64,000 bases of DNA from Promethearchaeota archaeon (GCA_016840085.1 JAEOTA010000073.1:1-64000), one strand, 5' to 3'. Shown: positions 19,928 to 31,043, counted from the first letter of the stretch. Numbers and translations are program-made. Notes: generated by a model from the sequence alone, not told the origin.

Positions 19928-21217
19928 CTAAATATTTTTTTTATAATTTTGATTTAGATAATCTTGAAAATCAGGGTGAGCAATAGAGATCAATGCTTTT
20001 GCTCGTTGCCGAATTGTTTTGCCCCGCAGATCTGCGATCCCATATTCAGTTATTATATAGTGTACATCATTACGGGAAGTGGTTACGCATGCTCCTTCAT
20101 TTAATAAAGGGACAATTCTTGAAATTGTGCCATTTTTACTTGTTGATGGAAATGCGATGATCGATTTTCCTCCTGGTGATAAGCTAGAAGCACGAACAAA
20201 ATCAACCTGTCCGCCTACACCAGAAAATTGTTGATAACCAATAGTATCTGAACAAACTTGACCGAATAAGTCAACTTGTATGGCAGAATTAATAGAAATT
20301 AAGTTATTTACTCGACCGGCAACCATAACATTATTAGTATAATCTACTGGATGCATATCGACATTTGGATTATCATCTACAAAATCATATAGACGCCTGG
20401 TGCCCATAAGAAAAGTAGCGGTAAATTTACCGGGATTTAAATTATTATATTTATTAGTAACGACTCCTTGATTGTAAAGATCTACAACCCCATCAGAAAA
20501 CATTTCAGTGTGAATACCTAAGTCTTGCTTTTCATGTAAAAATGATAAGGCAGCATCGGGAATAGCACCTATACCTAATTGAAGATTTGCTTTATCTGGA
20601 ATCAATGAAGCGATATTACGCCCAATACTTTCTTCTACACTTGAAATCTCTGGGGGTGTTATTTCTAATAATAGTCTGTCTGTCTCAACAATATAATCGA
20701 TTTCAGAGACATGAATTTGGGAGCCCCATGTTCTAGGCATTTGTTTATTTACTTCTGCTATAACTATTTTAGCGGATTGAGCTGCTTGCATTGTATAATC
20801 AACAGAAATACCAAAACTCAGATACCCATCTTCATTAGGTGGAGAGAGTTGAATTAAAGTAACATCTACGGGTAAGATTTCATCCCTAAAGAGTCTTGGA
20901 ATTTCAGAAAAAAATACAGGGGTATAATCGGATCTCCCTTCACTAATTCCCCTTCGAGTTCCTGCACCAGAAAATAGAGAATTGTGACGAAAATGATTTT
21001 CCATTCCAGGTAAACAGTATTTACATTCTCGTAATGGTACCATATGTACAATTTCTACATCTTGAAGCCTATTATTCTGATTTACAAGCTCATCAACTAA
21101 TATTATTGGTTCCCCTGCAGCATGTCCAAATACAACTCTATTTCCAGAATTTACATGAAGTAATGCTTCTTCTTTTGTAGTAATCTTCTCATTATAATCT
21201 TGTTTCCAATCTTTCAT
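19928..21217 (-). CDS. Acetyl-CoA hydrolase / 4-hydroxybutyrate CoA-transferase
   Basis: LQLGIGAIPDA, DLGIHTEMFSDG, SGVGGQVDFVR, ITEYGIADLRGK, IAHPDF. Confidence 0.93.
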   Translation of the reverse strand: MKDWKQDYNEKITTKEEALLHVNSGNRVVFGHAAGEPIILVDELVNQNNRLQDVEIVHMVPLRECKYCLPGMENHFRHNSLFSGAGTRRGISEGRSDYTPVFFSEIPRLFRDEILPVDVTLIQLSPPNEDGYLSFGISVDYTMQAAQSAKIVIAEVNKQMPRTWGSQIHVSEIDYIVETDRLLLEITPPEISSVEESIGRNIASLIPDKANLQLGIGAIPDAALSFLHEKQDLGIHTEMFSDGVVDLYNQGVVTNKYNNLNPGKFTATFLMGTRRLYDFVDDNPNVDMHPVDYTNNVMVAGRVNNLISINSAIQVDLFGQVCSDTIGYQQFSGVGGQVDFVRASSLSPGGKSIIAFPSTSKNGTISRIVPLLNEGACVTTSRNDVHYIITEYGIADLRGKTIRQRAKALISIAHPDFQDYLNQNYKKNI

Positions 21218-21521
21218 AAATATCCCTTTATTACAAATTTCCTTTTATTTCACATCAATGAGAATCAAAATAGTGTTATATCGTAGGCTAATAGACTTAA
21301 TTGGTTGTTTATTTATTAATTCGATTATTTATATTTTGAAGTAATATTGGATTTTTAATTTTTTTTCTTTTTATCACATTATAGAGTTTTTGGTAATGAA
21401 ACTTAAGGGTAAAAAAAAACTAGAGTAAGAATAAGCTTTATTTATCTAAAAGGTTTAATTCAATTTACCTTAATTTAAATTTAATCTGAAATTTTAACGA
21501 AAATGTAAAGGTGTTAGTATA

Positions 21522-22055
21522 ATGGGAAAATCATCAGGAGTGGGAATAGCTATTTTAGGATTACTTATTGGAATAGGAGGATTAGGCCTTGGAGCTTATT
21601 CTTATTTTACATTTAGTGGTCAAATTGCTGATCTCAACAAACAGATGGATGATATATCGGTGAAAGAAACTTGGTACGCTGAGAATTTAACAGATTGGTC
21701 TCCATCCGCCGTAAATACTAATGAATCTATCCCTAATCTTACGATTAATTTCCAGGTAAATGAAGGTGAATCAGTTTATTTATCATTTGTAACTAGGGCG
21801 ATTATTTATGGGTATTCTGGGCAATCTTATATACGTTTTACATTTCGCATCGATGGAGTAATTTTAGATGCACCTTATACCATAGCAGGTGGTTTGAGTA
21901 TAGATGAGACCTTTTTATATATTCCTGTGGCTCTTCAATATTCGGCTGATACATTAGCAGCAGGAAATCATACAGTTTCTGTTGTTGCTTTGAAAGGTTA
22001 CACTTTGAATTTCATTCGTCAAAGTAGTTTGTTAGTTCAAACTTATGTCACTTAA
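21522..22055 (+). CDS. Hypothetical membrane-anchored beta-sandwich protein
   Basis: Gly-rich N-terminal TM, short coiled coil, beta-rich C-terminal domain; followed by a T9 tract at 22071-22079. Confidence 0.75.
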   Translation: MGKSSGVGIAILGLLIGIGGLGLGAYSYFTFSGQIADLNKQMDDISVKETWYAENLTDWSPSAVNTNESIPNLTINFQVNEGESVYLSFVTRAIIYGYSGQSYIRFTFRIDGVILDAPYTIAGGLSIDETFLYIPVALQYSADTLAAGNHTVSVVALKGYTLNFIRQSSLLVQTYVT

Positions 22056-22091
22056 ACCCAACTACTTCTCTTTTTTTTTATATTTTATCTA

Positions 22092-22262
22092 GAATTTGGT
22101 TCATTAAGTTGTGAAGAACTTTGTGGTTTTGATTTAAATATTGACCTTAAACAATATATCAAAACTAGAGCTTGGGATAATAAATGCTGTAATTTCATCC
22201 TTTTTGCTGTAGGACACGTTTCTAAAATAACTAAAAAAGAGCTTAATCAAAACTGGAGTTAA
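22092..22262 (+). pseudogene. C-terminal relic of a C-GCAxxG-C-C family protein
   Basis: The frame reads EFGSLSCEELCGFDLNIDLKQYIKTRAWDNKCCNFILFAV...NWS*; no start codon or N-terminal half. Confidence 0.6.
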
Positions 22263-22355
22263 GAGACTTTGAAACTTTTTTATAGTAGTTCAATTTAATT
22301 TGTAATATAACTATAAAATTTATTTAAAAAAATCCAAAAATGTAGAGATATAAAA

Positions 22356-24953
22356 ATGCGAATTTCTGAGAAAAAGAGCACGACAAAATTAGGAACAGTA
22401 ATGATTATTACAGCTATAATTATGATAATTTTCTCAATTCCAATTTTAAGTATTCCTTCTTTAGGCAAGGTATTATTTCCGGGAGATGGATTTTGGAAAA
22501 TTCCAGGTGAGGTGCCAAAAAGAGATACTCAGATAATTCCAGGGTTACTTGATGAAGTTATCATTATCAGGGATGATTGGGGTGTTCCTCATATTTATGG
22601 AGAACATGAAGAAGATATTTACTTTGCTATGGGTTATTGTCATGCTCAAGATAGGTTATTTCAGATGGATTTATATAGGCGCGTTGCGAGAGGCAGATTA
22701 TCAGAGATTCTTGGAAAATCCGCCTTATCCGAAGACAAGCTATATATTGCTTCTGGAATGGAATATTGGGCAAACAAAACATTACAAAAAGGATTAGAAA
22801 TGGCAGCAACAGGAGAAATAGATTTTTTTCCAACTATCGAAGGATATATTGAGGGTATTAATTATTATATAAAAAATCATAGAAACTCAAAACCTTTAGA
22901 ATATTATTTATTAGATTTTGAGCCAACAGAATTTACTCTATTGGATCTGATGTCGATCTTAAAGTTTTTATCATTTTATTATTCTTGGGGATACAGTGAT
23001 CTTTATCGGTTGATAAATTTAGAAGCATTTAGTTCAGTTGATGAAAGTTGGTATTCTGAGATTTTTCCTTTATATTCCCCTTATCAAATTCCAGTCTGTC
23101 CTAATTATGGCAGTTTTCCTAAAAGTCCAGCTCCAAGTCTAGCTTCCCCTAAAATAAGTTCTAGTTTGATTAAGGTGATTTCAGAATTCTTAAGCAATGT
23201 TGAAGAAATATCGTCACAAAAGGCTTTGATAGAATCTCAGTTTTCTCGAGGATCAAATAACTGGGTTATAGACGGTGTTTTAACCAATACAGGAAAACCT
23301 ATTTTATGTAATGATCAGCATTGGGGATGGCCACTTCCCCAATTTCTTTATGAAAATCACTTAGTTTCTACTGATACTAATTTTAATTTTTATGGATATA
23401 CGGTACCAGGGCTTCCCTATCCAATAGTAGGATTTAATGAATATCTTGGATGGGGAGAAACGATTTTTCCAGCGGATCAATTAGATTGGTATTTTTTTAA
23501 TACTGATGGAGATGAAAGTTATATTTATAATGGAGAGTCTATTGAGTATACAAAAAGAGAGTATGAAATTAATGTGAAAGGACAAGCTCCCGTGAAATTT
23601 ACTGTCAAAGATACTGTTCATGGTCCTGTATTAAATGATGTTCTGAGTGACAATGTTGTTCCAGATTCTTTACAAGCCTCAAATATAGTTATAGCACCTA
23701 AATGGATTCCAAATAATATTACTTTCGAATGGGCTGCAATTTACAAGATGATTCATGCCAAAAATCGAGAAGAATTTGATGATGCTTCAAGACTTCTTGA
23801 TACACCTCCTATGAATATAGTTTATGGTGATGTTGAGGGAAATATCGCTATACGCCCTACTGGTAAGGTCCCTATTAGAGATGATTCAAAAATTCCATTA
23901 GGATATTATAGTAATGGTTCCTTACCATATAATGGTTCTAATGGTGAAGGAGAATGGATTGGATATGTTCCATTTGAAGAGTTACCTAATACTCTAAATC
24001 CGTCTCAAAATTATTTAATATCATCAAATCAAATTGCGGTTGGTCCAGATTATAAAAAGTATTTCTTGATGAATGATTATGCTACCGGATATAGAGCTAG
24101 AAGACTTAATTATGTATTCAACAATTCTGCAGATGGTAGCATTGACGTTTCTAAAATGGCAACACTTCAGTCAGATGTAAATTCTAGTGCAGCCCAAGCC
24201 TTTACACCTTATATTATATATACAATTGAAGATAATTACGGATCAAATCCCTCTAATCAAATCGGAAACATTTTGACAATATTGAAGGATTGGGATTATG
24301 TAATGGACAAGGATTTAGCAGCTCCAACAATATATCGAAAATGGCGTGATTATTTCAGAGATTACACATTTGATGATGAGTTCATTACTTATAACGCTAT
24401 AAACAGCCCTGGATTTGATCTTTTAGAATATTTAATGAAGGAACAAGAAAATTCACACTGGTTTGATAATATTACAACAACTTCGGTTATTGAGACACGA
24501 GATGATATAATGTTAAAAGCATTGGAAAGTACTATTGAATGGCTTGAAGGATTTTATAAGACAGAAGATCCCTCAAAGTGGAGATGGGGGGATATCCACA
24601 AATATATCTTTAGGCACATAACAGGATTAATGGCACTAAGTAAAGGTCCATATGATGGGGATGGTGAAGGATATACAGTTAATCCTTCATCTGCAAATAT
24701 TAGAAATGGTATTGGATATTCAGGAGGAGGTGCTGCTCATAGGTTACTTATTGATTTTAGTAATCTCAGCAATTCAAGAACAGTAATATCTGGCGGTCAA
24801 CGTGGATTAAGTAATTCAAAACATTATGCTGACCAATTGGAACAACTATTTTTGCAAGGTAAGCATCATTACACCTATATACAATATAGCGTTACAACGT
24901 TTCCATCAAAAATCATTGAATCAATTATATATTTAAAGCCAGCAGGTGAGTAA
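22356..24953 (+). CDS. Penicillin acylase family Ntn-hydrolase, N-terminally anchored
   Basis: RDDWGVPHIY, GYCHAQDRLFQMD, GSNNW (nucleophile Ser), GKPILCNDQH, WRWGDIH, GGQRG...HYADQ. Confidence 0.93.
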   Translation: MRISEKKSTTKLGTVMIITAIIMIIFSIPILSIPSLGKVLFPGDGFWKIPGEVPKRDTQIIPGLLDEVIIIRDDWGVPHIYGEHEEDIYFAMGYCHAQDRLFQMDLYRRVARGRLSEILGKSALSEDKLYIASGMEYWANKTLQKGLEMAATGEIDFFPTIEGYIEGINYYIKNHRNSKPLEYYLLDFEPTEFTLLDLMSILKFLSFYYSWGYSDLYRLINLEAFSSVDESWYSEIFPLYSPYQIPVCPNYGSFPKSPAPSLASPKISSSLIKVISEFLSNVEEISSQKALIESQFSRGSNNWVIDGVLTNTGKPILCNDQHWGWPLPQFLYENHLVSTDTNFNFYGYTVPGLPYPIVGFNEYLGWGETIFPADQLDWYFFNTDGDESYIYNGESIEYTKREYEINVKGQAPVKFTVKDTVHGPVLNDVLSDNVVPDSLQASNIVIAPKWIPNNITFEWAAIYKMIHAKNREEFDDASRLLDTPPMNIVYGDVEGNIAIRPTGKVPIRDDSKIPLGYYSNGSLPYNGSNGEGEWIGYVPFEELPNTLNPSQNYLISSNQIAVGPDYKKYFLMNDYATGYRARRLNYVFNNSADGSIDVSKMATLQSDVNSSAAQAFTPYIIYTIEDNYGSNPSNQIGNILTILKDWDYVMDKDLAAPTIYRKWRDYFRDYTFDDEFITYNAINSPGFDLLEYLMKEQENSHWFDNITTTSVIETRDDIMLKALESTIEWLEGFYKTEDPSKWRWGDIHKYIFRHITGLMALSKGPYDGDGEGYTVNPSSANIRNGIGYSGGGAAHRLLIDFSNLSNSRTVISGGQRGLSNSKHYADQLEQLFLQGKHHYTYIQYSVTTFPSKIIESIIYLKPAGE

Positions 24954-24959
24954 ACTTAA

Positions 24960-25349
24960 ATGAAATCTGAAAATCAAGATATAATTATTGGGATTATTAC
25001 ATCATTCGTTATTGCATCAATTTTTAGCATGATTCCGGTTTGGCAATTAATCATAATTCCAGGGATTATTGCTGGAGTCTTGAATACTACAATAAAAAGA
25101 GCTGTGTTAGCAAGTGGAATAGGTACTTTAATGGCATGGAGTTTATATGTGATATCCGGAGTAATTTTGAATAATGTTGACTTAATCCTTGACCAATTTG
25201 GTGCATTGATAATTGGACCTGGTTATGGAGGATTTTTTATATTTCTAATATTATTGATGAGCCTGTTATTCGGAGCTTTAGGAGGGGCGTTAGGTTACTA
25301 TTCAAAAACAATAATTAACGATTATCTTCAAACAAAAAAAGTGAAATAA
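24960..25349 (+). CDS. Small Gly-rich membrane protein (about 4 TM)
   Basis: 6 bp after the acylase stop; hydrophobic, with a GALGGALG motif. Confidence 0.75.
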   Translation: MKSENQDIIIGIITSFVIASIFSMIPVWQLIIIPGIIAGVLNTTIKRAVLASGIGTLMAWSLYVISGVILNNVDLILDQFGALIIGPGYGGFFIFLILLMSLLFGALGGALGYYSKTIINDYLQTKKVK

Positions 25350-25542
25350 TTATAAATTGAATTTTTAAAATCTTTTTATTCTTTTTATTTCTTAAATATC
25401 TAATATTTAATTAAAATTAACACTTTTTTTTTCGGAATCTTATCATAGAACTTTTAAATTGAATAAAATATATATAGAGATAAAATTAAAAATTAAAATA
25501 AATAATTAAAGGAAATTATAAAATACAAATTGTGTAAGAAAA

Positions 25543-26811
25543 ATGTTAAAAGATCAAAATTCGAAATTTTCTTTTACTGAACTTGAAAATAAACTTAAAA
25601 CCAAGTCGTTTTATACACTTTTCTTCACTCTTGTAATATTGAGTTTATTTTTCATTCAAGCATTAAGGTTATATATACCAGCGGTGTATGTTGCCATGTT
25701 TCACGTCGTATTTTATGAAGATATCGTAGAAAATTTACTCGTTCTGATAACTTTAATCTTTTTTGCCTTACCGGGTCTGACTAACACAATATGCAAAAAA
25801 GTGGGTATTAAGCGGCTACTAATGTTTTCTATTTATACAATTGCTATTAGTAGGCTTATCATTGCTTTTCATTTACCTAATATTTGGCAAACAATCTTTT
25901 CTGGGATACTTATTGCTTTTTATGGAATGTTTATAAGTACATTTCTTATATTATGGATTAAAGATGAAACCATTGAAATCAATTCATCTAATAAGATGAT
26001 CTTTGTGGTATTTTCCATATTGTGTGCCTTTCTTCTTGATTATCTTATAAGAACGATTGGTTTTTCACAGGATATCTCATTATTACCTCCAGGATTAGTC
26101 GCTGAATTTTGGTATATTACTCAATACATCTGGTTATTTATTCAAGTTCCCTTAACTGTATGCTGTATTTATTTTGCGAGATTATATTTTCCGAGATTTG
26201 CAAATCCTTCAAATTTAGGAGAAAGTGAAGAAAATAATACAAAAAGCACTGCTTATTCTTTGATTTTCGTAGGAATTGGCGTGATTTGGTTTCTATTGTT
26301 TAATATCTTTTTATATCCAAATATAATTGCTTTATATACTGAAACAAGTTATTATTTTAATAATATATTAAGTATCATTGCCTTGGTGGCAGCAATTTTA
26401 ATTATTTTGAGTGTTAAAAAGAAATACATCTTTAATTTTCAAGTTCTGGCAATTCTAAATGTGTTGTTGATTGTGTTTCTTTGCTTTTTCTTATTTATGG
26501 GGAGGATTATTACTTATTTAGCAACGGTTATGGTAACAATTTCTTTGGTTATCATGTATTTAGACTTTCTTTTACTTTTTGCTCAAATGGCTACAATTAA
26601 ATTTAAATGGGAAAAAGTTAAGACAATATCTAATGCTTTTACAATAGGACTCGTATTCTACATTTTGTTTACAGTTCTTCACATTTTCACTACTGATTGG
26701 GCATATGTGATTTCGGCATTTAAAGGATATGGGCCAATTATAGTACTTTTAGCAAGTATTCTTTTAGTAATTTCAATATTCTTATCAACACAAACAAATC
26801 TAAAGAGGTAA
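25543..26811 (+). CDS. Polytopic membrane protein, resembling the TM region of 49941..52025
   Basis: About 12 TM; directly upstream of an EEP gene; shared LFF[IF]Q...[AV]VY and IFT..W.YV motifs. Confidence 0.75.
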   Translation: MLKDQNSKFSFTELENKLKTKSFYTLFFTLVILSLFFIQALRLYIPAVYVAMFHVVFYEDIVENLLVLITLIFFALPGLTNTICKKVGIKRLLMFSIYTIAISRLIIAFHLPNIWQTIFSGILIAFYGMFISTFLILWIKDETIEINSSNKMIFVVFSILCAFLLDYLIRTIGFSQDISLLPPGLVAEFWYITQYIWLFIQVPLTVCCIYFARLYFPRFANPSNLGESEENNTKSTAYSLIFVGIGVIWFLLFNIFLYPNIIALYTETSYYFNNILSIIALVAAILIILSVKKKYIFNFQVLAILNVLLIVFLCFFLFMGRIITYLATVMVTISLVIMYLDFLLLFAQMATIKFKWEKVKTISNAFTIGLVFYILFTVLHIFTTDWAYVISAFKGYGPIIVLLASILLVISIFLSTQTNLKR

Positions 26812-26818
26812 GGAAAAT

Positions 26819-27628
26819 ATGGATAAAAAGTTTAAATATGTTTTATTAGTTCTCATAATCTCTCCATTACTCCTTTCAATAATAACATTTGGTATAGGAG
26901 AATTTCCCAGAAAGGCGAAATCGAAAAATGAATTAACCTTTATGACATACAATATTCATTTTGGTCAGGGAGAGGATGATTTACTTAATTTAGAACGAAT
27001 TGCACAAAATATCTTGATTGATGATCCTGATATTATTGGATTGCAGGAAGTTAGAGCAGGACGTATTACATCTCAAGGTATAGATATGGCCTTTTGGTTG
27101 GCAAAAAGGTTAAAGATGGATTATTACTTTTACAATCCGATTAATAATCACCATGAAATGGGAAATGCTATATTAAGTAAATACCCAATTATATTAAGAA
27201 ATGGATATGAAATACCAAGTCTTCTTATGGAAAGGGTTTTTGTACATTGTGTTGTTAAAATTAGTTCTACTCTCACAATAGATATATATTGTACCCATAT
27301 AGGAATTAGAACTGAAAATAAAGCTGCTCAAGTTGATTTTCTTCTCGAAAAAATAACAGAAATTACTACATCGTCCAAACAAGTTTTAATGGGTGATTTC
27401 AATCTACGAATCGATACATTAGAAATAGGAAACGTGCTTACTTACTTTAACGATACTGCTGCGGAATTTGGTGCTGATCCTCGGGCCTCAATTGATTATA
27501 TTTTCGCTGCGGGGTATCAAGAAATTACAGATAGCCATGTAATTACAGATATGCTTCCAGGAATTAATTCTCCAGCAGAATTTGGTTCAGATCATTTACC
27601 AGTTGTCTCTACGATAGTATTCTCCTAG
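26819..27628 (+). CDS. Endonuclease/exonuclease/phosphatase (EEP) family protein with TM anchor
   Basis: MTYNIHFG, DIIGLQE, GNAILSKYPI, TH, MGDFN, IDYIF, SDHLPV. Confidence 0.9.
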   Translation: MDKKFKYVLLVLIISPLLLSIITFGIGEFPRKAKSKNELTFMTYNIHFGQGEDDLLNLERIAQNILIDDPDIIGLQEVRAGRITSQGIDMAFWLAKRLKMDYYFYNPINNHHEMGNAILSKYPIILRNGYEIPSLLMERVFVHCVVKISSTLTIDIYCTHIGIRTENKAAQVDFLLEKITEITTSSKQVLMGDFNLRIDTLEIGNVLTYFNDTAAEFGADPRASIDYIFAAGYQEITDSHVITDMLPGINSPAEFGSDHLPVVSTIVFS

Positions 27629-27754
27629 ATAAATTTATTATACTATTATTTCTATTTAATTTATAAGTTAAAACAAGGATTAATAGAAAAAGAAAAAGAT
27701 TAAAAATTTATATACATAACGATACTATAACTGGTTAAATATAAGAGTATAAAA

Positions 27755-28153
27755 ATGTCAGAAGAAGAGATAAGAGATCATATTAATAAAATCGCACAGG
27801 AAATAATGAAAATAGAAGCAGCAGCAAATAAGAAAGAAGAATATATCAAAAACAGAATCAATGAGGAATATGACAAACAAATTGATGAAAATGAATCACA
27901 ATTAGAAGTTGTAATAAACAAGTTTAATGAAATTGTTAAAAGAATCGAGGAATTGGATGCTAAGAAGAAAGAGTTAATTGTTATGGGAAGAGACTTAAGG
28001 AAAAAGATAGCTACTTTGAAAAAAGAAAAGAAAGTATTTACAACCAGAGAATGTAAAGCAATTGAGAATGAAAAGAATACTAAAAAGAAAACTATTGATA
28101 AAGAAATTAAAGCATTTGAAAAAGAGCTAAATGCTTTAGAACGTAATAAATAG
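27755..28153 (+). CDS. Coiled-coil hypothetical protein
   Basis: K/E-rich heptad pattern throughout. Confidence 0.75.
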   Translation: MSEEEIRDHINKIAQEIMKIEAAANKKEEYIKNRINEEYDKQIDENESQLEVVINKFNEIVKRIEELDAKKKELIVMGRDLRKKIATLKKEKKVFTTRECKAIENEKNTKKKTIDKEIKAFEKELNALERNK

Positions 28154-28256
28154 TTAATACATTAAGCTATAAAGATTAGTCATTTTTGTTTTAAAGAACT
28201 GAAAACTATATATAGCTTAAAGACTAATAATCTGATTATATATAATCCAAAAAGAA

Positions 28257-29801
28257 ATGAGTTTAATTAGATCAATCAAAGACCAAGGCGTGAATATTTT
28301 GAGCGATAAGATGAACATTTTGTTTATAATAACTGATCAACAGCGTGCTGATCACTTAAGCTGTATGGGAAATTCTATTTTACGAACACCAAATATCGAT
28401 AATATTGCTAATGAGGGTGTAAGATTTAAAAAATATTTCTGCGCTACACCTATATGTATGCCAAATAGGGCGAGTTTTTTCTCAGGTTCTTATCCAAGTG
28501 TTCATGGAACGCGTTCGAATGGAATTAATTTAAATCCTGAAGTTCCAATTATCTCTAAGGTGCTTCAAGAGCGAGGATATCATACTTGTTCTATTGGAAA
28601 ATTACATTTTAATTTTTACGCAAATTCACAAGATAGGACAGTTTCCTCATTTGAAGAGATCCCTAGATGGATGGGAGGAAAAATAAATTCTACTACCTTT
28701 CCAATCCCTTATTATGGCTTCGATGAAGTTTTAATGACAGCAGGGCATGGTGATGTGATGGCTGGTCATTATTTTGAATGGTTAGAGAAAATTCAATTTG
28801 GTGAAGTTGAATTTTTAAGAAAGAATATAGGAAATATTTTTAAATTGTATTATAAAACTGTTATTCCTGAAGAATTATATCCTACCGCTTATATTGCTGA
28901 TAAATCAATTGAATTTCTCGAGAGATTTTCAGAGGGGAAATATGAAAAAGACAATTTCTTCTTACATTGTTCTTTTCCTGATCCACATCATCCAGTATGT
29001 CCCCCCGGTAGGTATAAAGATATGTATAATCCGGAGGATATTAAGCTCCCTTCAAACTTCAGTGATGGAGAAAATCTACTTGAACATCCATTCATAGGAG
29101 AACAATTAAGGGATAAACGATTTGTGCATCTTCTCCCTCAAAAAGTTGATGAGGAAACCGCAAGAATCTTTACCGCGCTTACCTATGGATCTATTTCTAT
29201 GATTGATGATGGCATAGGAAGAATTCTCAAGACTTTAGAGAAAACAGGTTTGAAAAATAATACTATGGTAATTTTTACAAGCGACCATGGAGATTATTGT
29301 GGAGATCACGGGCTTATTTTAAAAGGACCTGCTCATTATCGCAGTGTTATAAATATACCGTTAATATGGAGAATCCCAGGTTTAACAAATTCTACTGTTT
29401 CAGATTCATTAGTGTGTACGATCGATTTACCAAAAACACTTTTATCTTTGTTAGATATTAAAAAAGAGCTACACCATGAAATCATGCAAGGTTATGATAT
29501 TACACCAATATTAAAAGACCCTAAAGACAAAGTAAGGCAACAAATTTTGATAGAACATGACGAGGAAATTTCTAAAGATAAGGTTTTTAGACTTAGAACA
29601 CTAGTGACAGAGAATCATCGTTTAACATTATATGATGGATATGAAAATATGGGAGATTTATTTGATTATGAAAGTGATTCTATTGAAATAGATAATTTAT
29701 GGAGCAAAGAAAAGGAATTAAGAAATACTCTTATTGAGAAGCTTTTAAGAGAAATAATAGCCTTGAGACCCCGTGTACCCAAGAGATGTGCGTATAATTA
29801 A
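28257..29801 (+). CDS. Formylglycine-dependent sulfatase (true start may be TTG 28299)
   Basis: NILFIITDQQR, CMPNRAS (CxPxR), GKLH, DPHHP, FTSDHGD. Confidence 0.93.
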   Translation: MSLIRSIKDQGVNILSDKMNILFIITDQQRADHLSCMGNSILRTPNIDNIANEGVRFKKYFCATPICMPNRASFFSGSYPSVHGTRSNGINLNPEVPIISKVLQERGYHTCSIGKLHFNFYANSQDRTVSSFEEIPRWMGGKINSTTFPIPYYGFDEVLMTAGHGDVMAGHYFEWLEKIQFGEVEFLRKNIGNIFKLYYKTVIPEELYPTAYIADKSIEFLERFSEGKYEKDNFFLHCSFPDPHHPVCPPGRYKDMYNPEDIKLPSNFSDGENLLEHPFIGEQLRDKRFVHLLPQKVDEETARIFTALTYGSISMIDDGIGRILKTLEKTGLKNNTMVIFTSDHGDYCGDHGLILKGPAHYRSVINIPLIWRIPGLTNSTVSDSLVCTIDLPKTLLSLLDIKKELHHEIMQGYDITPILKDPKDKVRQQILIEHDEEISKDKVFRLRTLVTENHRLTLYDGYENMGDLFDYESDSIEIDNLWSKEKELRNTLIEKLLREIIALRPRVPKRCAYN

Positions 29802-29814
29802 TTTTAATAATTTT

Positions 29815-30939
29815 TTATTCCTTAACTCGATTTTCTTGATATATTTTTTTCATTAGTTCAGCTGTATTATCATAAATATGTGAACGCTCCAATCGATGAA
29901 GTTTTATTGCCCCTGTAGGACAAGTTACAGCACATACACCACACCCATAACATTTTTTTGTATCGACAAAAGATTTTTCATTTTTAATCGTAATTGCTTG
30001 GAAAGGACACCTTTGTACACATAGTCCACATCCTTTACATAAATCTTGATTAATCTTGGATATGTAATTTGATTTCGCGATACAATTTTCATTTTTATCT
30101 TCAAACCGAGTCATTCCTCTTAACATCGCACAACAACAGGCACAGCAACTGCAAATAACTTGATGCATTTGACTTACTATATTTTCAGTTGTAAACACCA
30201 ATCCCATTTCTGCTAGCTTATCTACAAGTTTATGTGCTTCTTCACGTGATAATTCCTTTCCTTCCCCTCTCCTCAAAAAATATTTTCCGAATAAACCTAC
30301 TTGAAAACAAGTTTCTCCAATGGGAAATTTATCTTTACATTCTCTAATACCTAAAGTTTCTGTTCTATTACGACAAGGACAATCGGTAACTACAATTGGA
30401 CCTATGCAGTTCTCTATTATATCATGGATCTCTTCTGCATTCGAAATTACTGATTCATGGTCAATCGATAGATTAATGGGGACAATTCTTATTAGCGAAG
30501 TCCCGGCATCAGAAGATTCATAGCGCTTATAAAATTTTTCTTCAATGAAAAATTGCTGATATAATTCTGCTCCTCTTTTCCCAAGCCTCTCAAGAGTTTT
30601 TGAATATTTGAATCCCATGTTTAGAAGATGTGCCATCGCTAAAAAGTAAGAATACCCTCCAATATCTTGAATAATTCCATTCTTTGTCATTTCTTCTAAT
30701 ATCCTTTTTGTTTCTTCCCTACTTTTTCCAATTTTCTTTACAATTGCACTTACAGATTGAGGTCTAACGGTTAAATATTGAGCAATTTCAGCTTCTTCCG
30801 GAGTGAATAATAATTTAATAAATTCTCTAAATGCTTCTGAAACTTTTCCCTCAACCATCGGGATATCACTTGGGTATTCACGCATATTTTTTAAAATTAT
30901 TTCGTGAGGATCTTTTATTTCTTCTATCGTCAAATTCAT
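29815..30939 (-). CDS. 4Fe-4S dicluster protein with N-terminal wHTH-like region
   Basis: LFTPEEAEI, CPCR, ICSCCACCC, CKGCGLCVQRCP, CYGCGVCAVTCP. Confidence 0.85.
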   Translation of the reverse strand: MNLTIEEIKDPHEIILKNMREYPSDIPMVEGKVSEAFREFIKLLFTPEEAEIAQYLTVRPQSVSAIVKKIGKSREETKRILEEMTKNGIIQDIGGYSYFLAMAHLLNMGFKYSKTLERLGKRGAELYQQFFIEEKFYKRYESSDAGTSLIRIVPINLSIDHESVISNAEEIHDIIENCIGPIVVTDCPCRNRTETLGIRECKDKFPIGETCFQVGLFGKYFLRRGEGKELSREEAHKLVDKLAEMGLVFTTENIVSQMHQVICSCCACCCAMLRGMTRFEDKNENCIAKSNYISKINQDLCKGCGLCVQRCPFQAITIKNEKSFVDTKKCYGCGVCAVTCPTGAIKLHRLERSHIYDNTAELMKKIYQENRVKE

Positions 30940-31043
30940 TCACGTTTATTATCTAAATCAATCTTTATAGGAAATAAGATCAATAAATATAATTATAAAA
31001 CTAAAAAACAAGAAAAAAAAATAAGTTTTCTTAAATTGAATTT

